64,000 nt of DNA from Ginglymostoma cirratum (GCA_024137785.1 JAHRHZ010000222.1:35804296-35868295), one strand, 5' to 3'. Numbered from the stretch's first letter, positions 27,251 to 38,844 are shown. A program made the numbers and translations. Notes: generated by a model from the sequence alone, not told the origin.

Positions 27251-28309
27251 AGTTACGTGAAGAATGAAGCTTTGTTACACGCTTTTTTTTTGCATTTAAG
27301 ACAATGCCCTTTACAGATGTAAAGGCTTTTGAGTAATAATGTTTATCCAAATTACTAGTTTCCTTTTTTCAAAGATTCATTTGCTAATCTGGGAAGCAAA
27401 AGGAGCACTGGGAAATTAACCTCCTGGAAGATTAATTAGGAAACATCATCTTCATAGACTAGTCCCAATTAAAAAAGTACTTTACAATGCTTTGTTATGC
27501 TCTAAGATAAATTACCAGGCTTTGTGAATTTAAAAAGTGACAGGTAATCTCATTCACTGCTACTGTTTATTTTGGAAGCTTTTGAAGGCCTAACTGATGA
27601 TGTTCTTGTGGTCTTTTCAGAATCATTAGTTATGCTGTAATTACCTTCACAGGGACCTCCATAAAATACTGGGAACCAAAATTATTAAATCTAATTTGTC
27701 TGATCCACAAGTTTTACTGCTGTATTTCTTAAAAATGATTTAAATCTTTTGCTGACTAAAATTGCCTGGCCATTTGCATGTCACTACAGTGTAATTTGTG
27801 GGACAATTAAGAGGCTTATAAATTGGAAGCAGGTGAAGCCTTGTGTTTGTATTTTTAGTACATTACTAAATCTAAATCTGATATTATGGTGAGAGCACAT
27901 TGAAGATATTGTACATCTGAAAGTCTTGCTGCTTCTCCTTAGAAGAAAGTTGCCATCACTAAAGGTGAATGCTGCTTTTCTCAACTTTTGACTATGGAGG
28001 AGGCAATGAGGAATAATTCCAGCAGCACTTCCATATACTACCTGCATCTTGTGTTTAAAAAAAATTAACCAAATTTGTACCTTTTGCAGACCTATTCGTG
28101 GCCTATGGGTTGTTTGCACTGTGCAACCATAAGGTTCTGGGATGTAAAAGTAGACATTATGAAGGACAAAATAGTACTTTGACTTTGAATAGTTTTTTTG
28201 CTGTGATGTTTTGCAGTTAGAAATAGCACTTTGTTGACAGGTGTAGCGCTTCTAGCATCATACTACTAATCTTGTATTTGATCATTCGAATATAAAAACA
28301 TACTTTCAG

Positions 28310-29628
28310 AAATAGATAGAAACATAGCAGATAGAAACATAGCTTGAGGGGCCTCCTGCTGTAGGAGGCCATTCACCATGATCATGGGAGATCATCCAAC
28401 TCAATAGCCTAATCCTGCTTTCTCCCCATAACCTTTTGATGCCATTCACCCCAAATGCTATATCTCACCATCTCTTGAATACATTCACTGTTTTGGCATC
28501 AACTACTTCCTGTGGTAACGAATTCCATAGGCTCACCACTCTTGGATGAAGAATTGTCTCATTTCCCTCCTAAACAGCCTACCCTGAATCCTCAGATCAT
28601 GACCCCTGGTTCTGGACACACCCGCCATCAGCAACATCCTCCCTGCATCTTCCCTGTCTAGTCCTATTGGAATTTTGAGTCCCTGAGATCCCCACCCCTC
28701 ATTCATCTGAACTCCACTGAAAACAGTCCTAACCTGGTCAATCTCTCCTCATTTGCCATCCCCAGAATCAGCCTGGCAAATCTTTGCTGCACTCCCTGAA
28801 GAGCAAGAGCATTCTTCCTCAGAAAAGGAGATCAAAACTGCGCACAATATTCTAGGTGTGGCCACACCAAGGCCCTGTATAACTGCAACAACACATCCCT
28901 GCTCCTGTACTCAAAATCTCTCACGATGAAGGCCAACATACCATTTGTCTTCTGTAGCATCTACTGCACCTGCATGCTTATCAGCAATTGGTGCACCAGG
29001 ACACCCAGATGTCACTGCACACTCCCCCCTCCCAATTTACAGCCATTTCGGTAGTAATCTGCCTTCTTGTTTTTGCTTCCAAAGTGAATAACCTCACATT
29101 TATCCAAATTATACTGCATCTGCCATTGATTTGCTCGCTCATCCAACCTGTCGAGATCATGCTGAAGGATCTGTGCATCCTCGTCACAGTTCACCCTCCC
29201 GTCCAACTTGGTATCATCTGCAAACTTTGAGATGTTGCATTTTGCTCCCTCCTCCAAATCATTAATATATTTTGTGAATAGCTGGGGTCCCAGCACCGAT
29301 CCCTGTGGCACCCCAATATTTACTACCTGCCCATTTGAAAATTCCTACACTTTGTTTTCTGCCAGCCAGTTTTTTTAATCCATCTCAGTACACTTTCCCC
29401 CAATCCCATGTGCTTTAATCTTGCATAATAATCTCTTATGCAGGACTTTGTCAAATGCTTCTGAAAGACCAAATATAGTATTGACTGGCTCCCCCTAGTC
29501 AACTCTACGAGTTACGCCTTCATAGAATCCCAACAGATTTGTCACGCATGAATTCCCCTTCATAAATCCATGCTGACTCTGATCCTGCCAGTGTTTTCTA
29601 AATGTTCCGTTATAAAGTCTTTAATAAT
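28310..29628 (-). mobile_element. CR1-like LINE, 5'-truncated, relatively young
   Basis: PQGSVLGPQLFTKYINDLEEGAKCNISKFADDTKL, with an ATAGAAAC repeat tail. Confidence 0.88.
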
Positions 29629-29650
29629 TGTTGTTGTTGTTGTTGTTGTT
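29628..29650. repeat. (GTT)n microsatellite
   Basis: ttgttgttgttgttgttgttgtt. Confidence 0.9.
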
Positions 29651-30100
29651 CACCATCCTGGTATGGGGTTCTTTCAATAGTGTGAAAGAATTGTGTTAAT
29701 TAAATTCTCTGTGAGGTTATGATCTGCAATGCTGTAAGAATAGCTGTCACCAGCTTAAAAAGATGACAAGTGGATATTTCATGAAAAGTATAACACTAAG
29801 TTTACTTTACCCTTCAAAACATAAAGTTTTAATTGGCAGCATTTGGAGACAATCCAATCTTGCACCCCATAACTAAGCAGCAGCACCTGTTTCACACCTA
29901 AATGAATGTTCTGTTGTGAATCTACTTACTCACTGCCAGCACTGCCAATGCACTCTGGGCGTTGCTGTCAGTCTTGATCCTATCCTTACTCAGGGTAAGA
30001 ATTCATCTGGTTGCTATGTATGTTCTTGTGTATTCCTTGACCATTTCTAACCTGGTCGTAGATACGTTGCATTTAGTTACCAGAGAAATTCTTGCCCAAT

Positions 30101-30481
30101 AGCCTAATCCTGCTTTCTCCCCATAACCTTTTTGATGCCATTCACCCCAAATGCTATATCTCACCGTCTCTTGAATACATTCACTGTTTTGGCATCGACT
30201 ACTTCCTGTGGTAATGAATTCCATGGGCTCACCACTCTTGGAGGAAGAATGCTCTTGCTCTTCAGGGAGTGCAGCGAAGATTTGCCAGGCTGATTCTGGG
30301 GATGGCAAATGAGGAGAGATTGACCAGGTTAGGACTGTTTTCAGTGGAGTTCAGATGAATGAGGGGTGGGAATCTCAGGGACTCAAAATTCTAATAGGAC
30401 TAGACAGGGAAGATGCAGGGAGGATGTTCCTGATGGCGGGTTCTGGACACACCCGCCATCAGGAACATCCTCCCTGCATCT
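30101..30481. repeat. Rearranged local copy of the 28402-28820 LINE segment
   Basis: Forward/inverted/forward pieces, flanked by 10-bp duplication TTGCCCAATA. Confidence 0.85.
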
Positions 30482-32629
30482 TTGCCCAATAATTAGCGCT
30501 GCTATCCTCTGACATCCAGCTTTGCAAACAGACTTTTCTGGTTTGAGGCAAGGGGGTGAGTTAGGCAGGCAGGGGAACTTAATTGGGCAAGAGTCCAATT
30601 TTCAGAATCTCAGTGGCAGAGTAAACTTTTGCAACAAGGCTACTCAACCTTAAGAGGCAAATTGATGTGCGTAGTTGCAGAGCACAATAGTCCCCTCTCT
30701 AGAGGTGGCAATGAAAGCGGTTTGAAGGGCAAATAATTGGGGTGAGTTTCCCCCTTTTTTTTTGTCTCCCTAACACTATTGTGTTTAAGTGCTGGGCATG
30801 AAAGTTGATGGATGACCTCCCTGAGGTGAATTAACAGCGACCTAGGGGGCTCAAGTTATCACTGGGCCAATGATCTGCTCTGTCGCCAGGTGTTTGAGAG
30901 AAGCAGGTTTCCAGGTTTGGAAACGAGGATAATCTGCCAGTCAGCTCTTGGAGCAGACCTCTGTTTGCCCAAAACTGGGGTAAATCAGGGACTGGGTAAG
31001 GTCACTGGAGGTCAAACCCTCCCAGAGACCCCCACCCCCACAAAACCCAAAAGAGAAGTTTTTTTCTGTTTAAGTTCATAAAACCTGGACATCCAATGGC
31101 AACTTCCAAGAGCCAGGAACTATTGGCCTGTGGCTGACAACTTCTGGCAGGGCGGGTCTTCAGTGATTTCTTGTGATTTGCCGAGAAGCTCATCAGTCAG
31201 CTCTTCAGTGACTGACTGATCCAGTGAGCTTTCTTACTGGAGGGTTTGGAAAATCAGTCACCAAAAGTGTGAAGGTCACTTGGAGAATGGGCGGGATCAG
31301 GGTCAGGACTCAGCAGGGGAGGGCTGAGAGAATCGGAAAATGACATTGACAAGGCTGGAATTGATGGAAAAGCAGGAAGTTCTAGGGTAACAAATGATAG
31401 GAATCAAGGCAGTGTGTGTGGAAGAAATAGAGATTGATGGGTTACTTGGGGGAGGGTCAGATATATTTGTCTGTTTCATTTCTTTTGAGGATAATTTCTG
31501 TACAATGAAGTGGCAATCAGTGTCAAAAAAGCAGTATGTAAAGAAGGAGGAAGATTTTATTTCGGTGTGTGGGGTTAGCACTTGAATTTTCTTTGGTTGA
31601 CTGAAGGGGAATCCTATAAATGATAGAGCTTGGAAAACCACATAAGGCTGGGTTCCGCTCCCAGTGAACCAGCAATACTCCAGAACTCATGGCACCGCAT
31701 TCCAACAGGATCTCACATCGGCATGGAGGCATAGTACATTGTGAGCTGATTGGCACCTCGTCATGGCCAATATATGGCTGCACCAGGAGGAATGGAGAAA
31801 GATTCGAGCCTTATGGGGCCCAGATGGCGGAACGCAACAGTTTTCGGGATTGGGGGCTCCAGTTTCCTGTGTAGTGGTTTATGGCAGGTAAGGAGGGTGG
31901 GTGACAGGACTTTCATCTCAGAGCAAGGTGACTACAGTTGAGTTCCTTCCTGAAGGAGAGCTCGCCACAGTGTCTGAGAAAGTGCACAGACTTGTTTTAC
32001 GTGTTCTGGGCATTGCATGTTGTCTCCACGCACGTATATTTTGCTATAAAGAGCTGCCCTCTGAGGCCACATCAGTTGGATCTGATGGTGTGTGATGAGG
32101 AAGTCGGGGGAGGAGAGATGCTAGGTTTACAGCAGTGCCATAATGGAGCAGGGTTGAACAGCAACCATCAAAGAAAATGATGACCATATGGATCAATCCA
32201 CCGTATACACAGATCTCCTGAAACCGACACTCGAGTAACAGACAACGACCCATCCCCTGCTCTGAGCACCGTGCAGCTGAGAAGGAACTAGCAATGGAGG
32301 ATAAAGAAGCAGCATAGACAGCAGAGAAACCTGATCCAGCTAACCGGGGACAACATTGATGATGAGCGGTGGCCAAAACCGGAATCTACAGGTGTCAGCT
32401 GCCTTTGACTCATCACGGTGGTGTCGTACAAATTGCAGCTCTTCAATAAGGATCTGTGCCTGAAAGGAATGAGAGACAGTTGTACACCAGTTGCCTTGTA
32501 GTTCACCCAGGCCCCTGAGCTCCTTTGCAAATGGTTTGTTCCAGGCTCCACTGAGGATGTCAGTGACTCACATGTACATACAGAAAGTCACTGATATTTG
32601 ATTTGGAAAATCCCAGGAATTTCCCTTTG

Positions 32630-33800
32630 ATATAGAGATCTAGGCTGCTCTTGCCTCTCTCTTACTTTTTAGATATCGTAAAAAAATTTGCAATTTTCTT
32701 TTATATCAGTAGCTAGTTTACGGTCATATTTCATCTTCTCCTTCCTTTATTGCTTTTTTTTTTTAAAAGTTATCCTTTTTTTTGAAAAGGTTACCAATCC
32801 TTTGGCTTCCCACTAATTTTCACCACATTGTTTGCTTCTTCTTTTGTGTTATGCTGTCCCTGTCTTCTCTTGTCAGCCATGGTTGCCACATCCTCCCCTT
32901 CGTATGTGTCTTCTTCCTTGTGGTGAATTTCTGCTGTGCCTCCCGAATTACCCTCAGAAACTCCTGCCATTGCTGCTCCACCATCTTCCCTGCTAGTCCT
33001 CCCTTCCAATCCACTCCGGCCAGCTCCTCCCTAATATCTTTACAACTGTGTGAAGGTAACTGCAATGTCATTACATCTGATTCCAGCTTCTCCCTCTCAA
33101 ACTGCAGGGTGAATTACATTTAATGATGGTCACTGCCCCCTAGAGGTTCTTTCATCTTAAGCTCCCTCATAAAGTCTGCTTCATTACACAGAGCCGATTC
33201 TGGATTTGGTGATATCACTAAGTCCTCCAAAAAATCTTGTGGACATTCCTCAAATTCCTCTTCTTGAGATGCACTACCAATTTGACTTTCCCAGTCCCCC
33301 ATGATTATTATAACAGTGCTTTTCTTACATGCCTTTTCTATTTTCTTCCCCACATCCTGATTATTTCTGAGAGGCCTAAGCCAAACTCCCATCAGGGTCT
33401 TCTTTTCCCTTTGCGTTCTTCAACTCTACCCACACAGATTCTACCTTTCCGACTCTAGATCACTGCTTGCTATCGATTTAATTTCATTTCTTACTAATAA
33501 GGCAATCCCACCTAGTCTGCCCATCCTCTTGATGGGACATGTATCCTTGGGTATTTAGTTTCAAGCTCTGGTCCTCTTGCAGCCATGTCTCTGTGGTACA
33601 CATAACATTGTACCTACCCATTTCAATCTGCGCTACAAGCTTATTTTCTGATGAAGGGTTTAGGCCCGAAACGTCAAGTTTTCCTGCTCCTATGATGCTG
33701 CTTGACCTGCTGTGTTCATCCAGCCCCATGCTTGTTATCTCTACAAGCTCATTTACCTTGTTTCATGTACTGCCTGCATTATAAACTCACTGCAATGCAA
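32630..33800 (-). mobile_element. CR1-like LINE endonuclease/linker region
   Basis: ELVAQIEM...TETWLQ, IIMGD and EPLGGSDH motifs. Interrupted by the 33642 insertion. Confidence 0.8.
33642..33740 (+). mobile_element. Short Penelope-like terminal-repeat insertion with intact minimal hammerhead ribozyme motif
   Basis: CTGATGA 33648-33654, extra A, stem II GGGT-ttag-GCCC, GAAAC 33668-33672, GTC 33673-33675. Flanked by 9-bp duplication CTACAAGCT inside a CR1 endonuclease relic. Confidence 0.8.
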
Positions 33801-34203
33801 CACCTTCTGTCCTGAGTTGATTTCTGCCTTTGCATAGTTAAGTTCCATATTCTCTGTCCGATTTACTTGTTCTGGAAACTTTAACCTTTTGAGCACCCCC
33901 CCCCCACCCCGCCACTTTAACTTTTTCCATAGTTTTTCATGCAGCTGAAGCCACCCATACCACTATTTAGGTTACAGACTATCCACAGCCCGTGTTATGC
34001 AATACGCCAGGACTCTGGTCCCGTCATGATTCATGTGGAGCCCATGCCAGTGGAACATCCTTCCCCAGTGCTGGTGCCAATAGAGATGCCTCCTCTAATG
34101 AGGAATGGGCCGTTGATGATTGTGACACAGGCCAAGGGGTCATTTACAGAGCAGGAAGAGGCCAGTGATAAGACAAAGGCACACAGCCTCATGGAAAAGG
34201 TAA

Positions 34204-34547
34204 TGAATCATAGAATCCCCACAGTGTGGAAACAGCCCATTCAGCCTAACGAGTCCACACCACCCCTCCGAAGAGCATCCCACCGAGACCCACCCCCCAC
34301 ACCCTGCATTTCCCATGTCTAACATACCTAACCTAAACATCCCTGGGCACTAAGCAATTTAGCATGGCCAATCCTCCTAGTCTGCACATCTTTGGACTAT
34401 GGGAGGAAACCGGAGCACCCGGAGGAAACCCACACAGACACTGGGAGAATGTGCAAACTCCACACAGACAGTTGCCCGAGGCTGGAATCGAACCTGGGTC
34501 CCTGGCGCTGAGGCAGCAGTGCTAACCACTGAGCCGCCGTACCGCCC
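34204..34547 (-). mobile_element. HE1-type SINE, full length
   Basis: Reverse complement of the same SINE (...GTGCTAACCACTGAGCCGCCGTACCGCCC). Confidence 0.9.
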
Positions 34548-34934
34548 AATGGAAACACATTCCAAGCTGACAGAACTACGGATAACTATTCTTCTGTTTG
34601 AGTATTATTTCAAAAAAAACACACCTGCTTGTTGCAAGTCTGCTGCTTCCTATTTGGGACACACTTCATTGGACATTTTAAGGCATTATTTCTTTCTGCT
34701 TCATTAATTAAAGCATCCTGCTTAACTTGGATTCTGCTGGTATTATGATCATTTGCATTAGTCAAACTGTGTAAATAGAAACTTGTCTTTGCACTAATTG
34801 CTCTCAACTGTACGTGAACAGCACTGTGTACTCCTGTGATCTCAGCCTTCCGGAGAGAAGCTCAATTATGGGCCTTGCCTAGAGCAAGCCCATATGTATG
34901 TTATCTTAATATACTTGTATTGAAGGTAAGACAG

Positions 34935-35402
34935 CATATTAGCTGGAGATGTGAAATAAAACAAAGTGCCAGAGAAGCTCAGCAGATCTGGAGGTATCTG
35001 TGGATAGAGAAAGAGTTAACATTTTGAGTCTAGTATAACTTCTTGAGAACTGAACAGGTCTGGAAAATAATCTATTTTGACGTTGTTGCCTAAAGGGAAG
35101 GGGTGGCAAGTGAAATAGATGGTGAGGCTGCCTGGAGCAGAAGACAAAGGGCATGCTAATGGAATGAGGAGACAGATAAAGTTCAAGAATAGATATTAAT
35201 TTTAGATGTGAAGAGTAAAAAAAAAATCTCTGCTGAGTGATCATGTACAAATGAAACAGAGTGGGGAAGTGGATGAAATCGGAATGCAGTTCAGGCTGTG
35301 AATTGTTGAATTCAAATGTTTTCAGGAGGTAGCATTGAGTTCAACAACTTCAGAGCGTGAACACTGTGTTCTCCATTTCAGGAGACCTCAGTCTCTGATG
35401 TG
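34935..35402 (-). mobile_element. Penelope-like 3' end with short inverted segment
   Basis: Terminal-repeat tail on the minus strand, an inverted piece encoding IEFNNFRA* (35334-35360), and a flanking 41-bp direct repeat. Confidence 0.6.
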
Positions 35403-36442
35403 ATGTATGTTATCTTAATATACTTGTATTGAAGGTAAGACAGTATTGAAGGAAGAAGAGGACAAGCTGGACCTAGGAAATGCTGCAAACTCTCCTCCTT
35501 TTGTTGTCCACTACTACCATGATTGGAGATGAGAAGAATCAGTTCCTGGTCATACACAGTCCACCTTGTCCACCGTTCTCACTGTGTCCTGCACATCTGA
35601 TGACAGCAGATGAGAGCATCTCCCAGAGGTTACTGGAGGCGACTAGCATAGGCTGAGTGATCCTCCACGCTTTCAGTGAGCAAATGGCTGTCCAAATGGC
35701 CTTTATTATTGTATCCGGTCCCTTCTGGGACAAGAACGTCCTGCCTGCTCCTGAGATTCATTGTTCAGTGTGGGCTGAAGCTCACATCCATCTTTAATGA
35801 CGTGAGATCTGTGTGATTTTGCAAGGAAACTCAATTCATCCCCGGCCAGAAGTGACTTTCTCTTCCAGGCTTGCCTCCAATTTAGGTGTCATCCTAGGAA
35901 GGTTGCACCCAACATGACTGTGTCAATGTTGCCATTCCTAGTTGACCAAAGATAACGAATCTAACATTGCACCACCTTTTTTTTCCAACATGAAAGTTGC
36001 CATATTTGTTCTTGGTATGAATAAGATGTATTTGTTTGTACTTTCAACAATGCTATCTTTGACTGTGATCGTACTGAGTGAAATAAATTCTTGTATTTTG
36101 AGCTTGTAGCTAAGATTGGCCTTTAATTGACAGTCTCATTCAAAGGCTATAGTGATGGAAACAGGGAATGCTGCCATGATCGGTAAAAGAATACTGTTCT
36201 CAGACTGAAGTCATCCTGCCAGGTTATTTTGTTAGGTTTTGTAGCATATAAGTTAACATGCAGCTTTCTGGCTGTTGGAGTGCATAATTCCTCATTTTCT
36301 TCTGCGTTTAATTTTAACATTCATAAATGTGTTGCATATGTTATAAAGACTCTCAACAGAGCTCAATTTATAGATGTCTGTGTTTTTGGCAGCATCTATG
36401 TTGAAAAATTACTATACCACTTTTGTTTTACTACCTTTGCAG

Positions 36443-36581
36443 GATATCACTAGTCTTCTGCACACAATCTATGAGGTGGTCGATGCATCTGTGAACCACT
36501 CACCGAGTTCCAGTAAAACATTGCGGGTAAAGCTTACTGTGACGCCTGATGCAAGCCAGAAAAATAAAGGCAATCAAACAG
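36443..36581 (+). CDS. nkd1: nkd1 coding exon, second half of EFX domain
   Basis: ctttgcAG acceptor. 139 bp: DITSLLHTIYEVVDASVNHSPSSSKTLRVKLTVTPDASQKNKGNQT plus G. Donor GTCAGA. Phase 1 fits the next exon. Confidence 0.94.
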
Positions 36582-36988
36582 GTCAGACAAGCTTATCACA
36601 CTTGTATGCAAATGAAGGATTATGTCATGTGAATTCCCAGAACACTCTGTCAAAATACTCAGTTTAAGTTGACAGATATTTGTGAAGATCACACTTTCAG
36701 CTAAATAGATTGTAAGCAATCTTTATAAAGGTTTGGATTCATCGTTGCTTCGACAATTATACATAATAAGGCCAATATACTGTTTTGTGTCAGGGATTGC
36801 GTTCAAAGAAGGGTGTTCTGAAATTTCTTCTTCCTGCACCCCTGCTGCTTAATATTTAAAATATTAATTAAGCCTTTCAAGATGCAGGAATGTAAAAGTG
36901 TATGCAATTAAATTAAATGGCTAAAAAAGTACCGTGTTCAAGCTGGACATTTCTCAAAACTGGGTGTAGCCTTCACCACAGGTATTTG

Positions 36989-37304
36989 GGGCGGCACGGT
37001 GGCTCAGTGGTTAGCACTGCAGCCTCACGGTGCTAGGGACCCAGGTTCGATTCCAGCCTCGGGTGACTGTCTGTGTGGAGTTTGCATGTTCTCCCCGTGT
37101 CTGCGTGGGTTTCCTCCGGGTGCTCCGGTTTCCTCCCACAGTCCAAAGATGTGCAGGCTAGGTGGATTGGCCATGCTAAATTGCCCATAGTGTTCAGGGG
37201 TGTGTGGGTTATAAGGGGATGGGTCTGGGTGGGATGCTCTAAGGGTCGGTGTGGACTTGTTGGGCCGAAGGGCCTGTTTCCGCACTGCAGGGATTCTAAT
37301 TCTA
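36989..37304 (+). mobile_element. HE1-type SINE, full length
   Basis: Near-identical to the 11410 copy. Confidence 0.9.
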
Positions 37305-37329
37305 TTTCACTTGTGTCTGTTCTGTACAA

Positions 37330-37660
37330 TGCACAGGATACGCCAACTTCGCAAACCCCTCAGTGCTGCAGCTTTCTGCATTTAAATAACATTCAGCTCT
37401 TCTATTCTTCCTGCAAAAGTGCACGACCTCACATTTCCCCACAGAATGTTCTTTCTGCCAAATTTTCACCCACTCGTTTATATCCCTCTTTGGACAGTCG
37501 TCCTCACCACTTACCTTCCCGTCTATTTTGTCATCTGCAAACCTACAGATCATACATTCACTTCTGTTATCCGAGTCATTAATATAGGTTGTAAATAAAT
37601 GTGGACCCAGCATTGATCCCTGTGGCATATCACTAATTATGATTGCCACTCTGAAAATGC
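37330..37660 (-). mobile_element. CR1-like RT fragment
   Basis: SDMPQGSMLGPHLFTTYIND...RFADD. Confidence 0.78.
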
Positions 37661-38444
37661 CAACTTTCTGTGCTGAATTGTAAGTTGTTTGGTCTAAGTG
37701 TGAGCCACACCGAATAGTCTGGACTGATTCTCTTTGCGAGACCCAGTGGGTTTTCTTCATGTCTCTGATCAAACTCTCCTTATTTATTACATACTACACG
37801 CCAATGGCATCTCTCATGTCTGATTTCCACCCCACCTTACCACCTTCTGTTCAGGAACAATATTCACTCAGTGTATCCCAGAATTCCCTGGCATTCCCTT
37901 GCCTGGACCATCTTTAAATTACCTGTTGTACACCTGGACAAACACAGTCAGCCAACCCTGCATGGTTCCTGATGTTTGCCCTGGAGTTGGAAGACAAAGG
38001 GAAATTGATGCCCTGCTTTGTGGGCAGTGGCATGGAAGTTCTGCTGGGAGAGGTGGTGCTGACTAGAGACTTCCCCTTCCCTGAAGTCCAGTAATGGAGG
38101 CAGCAACACCAAACCACCCAGATCGAGGCAATGTCATGGAGAAATGCTCAGCATAAATGCCACCATCTTTTCTCTTCAGTACCTCACGCTCTCTCTATCT
38201 GCAACTGAACCCACTTCCCATCAAGGCTCGTGCCCTAACACTGTCACTAATGCCAACGCCATCTTCCCCGCTCACACTCATTCACACCAGAGAAGGAGAA
38301 GACGTAGATTTGTAACAGCAGAACTGGAATATTGTGTGTGTCTGTCTGTCGCGCACTCTGTTGCGTGCTCTCTCTCTCTTACCTCTTTCCCCAGCCCCAC
38401 CCCCCCCGCACCCTATCTTGTGGGGGGTGTTGTTGTTGTTGGGG

Positions 38445-38844
38445 NNNNNNNNNNNNNNNNNNNNNNNNNNNNNNNNNNNNNNNNNNNNNNNNNNNNNNNN
38501 NNNNNNNNNNNNNNNNNNNNNNNNNNNNNNNNNNNNNNNNNNNNNNNNNNNNNNNNNNNNNNNNNNNNNNNNNNNNNNNNNNNNNNNNNNNNNNNNNNNN
38601 NNNNNNNNNNNNNNNNNNNNNNNNNNNNNNNNNNNNNNNNNNNNNNNNNNNNNNNNNNNNNNNNNNNNNNNNNNNNNNNNNNNNNNNNNNNNNNNNNNNN
38701 NNNNNNNNNNNNNNNNNNNNNNNNNNNNNNNNNNNNNNNNNNNNNNNNNNNNNNNNNNNNNNNNNNNNNNNNNNNNNNNNNNNNNNNNNNNNNNNNNNNN
38801 NNNNNNNNNNNNNNNNNNNNNNNNNNNNNNNNNNNNNNNNNNNN
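38445..38844. other. Assembly gap (400 N)
   Basis: Run of N. Confidence 1.

Noticed and set aside
32551-32575. CTGAGGATGTCAGTGAC, hammerhead-like start
   Set aside because: No GAAA or cleavage triplet follows.
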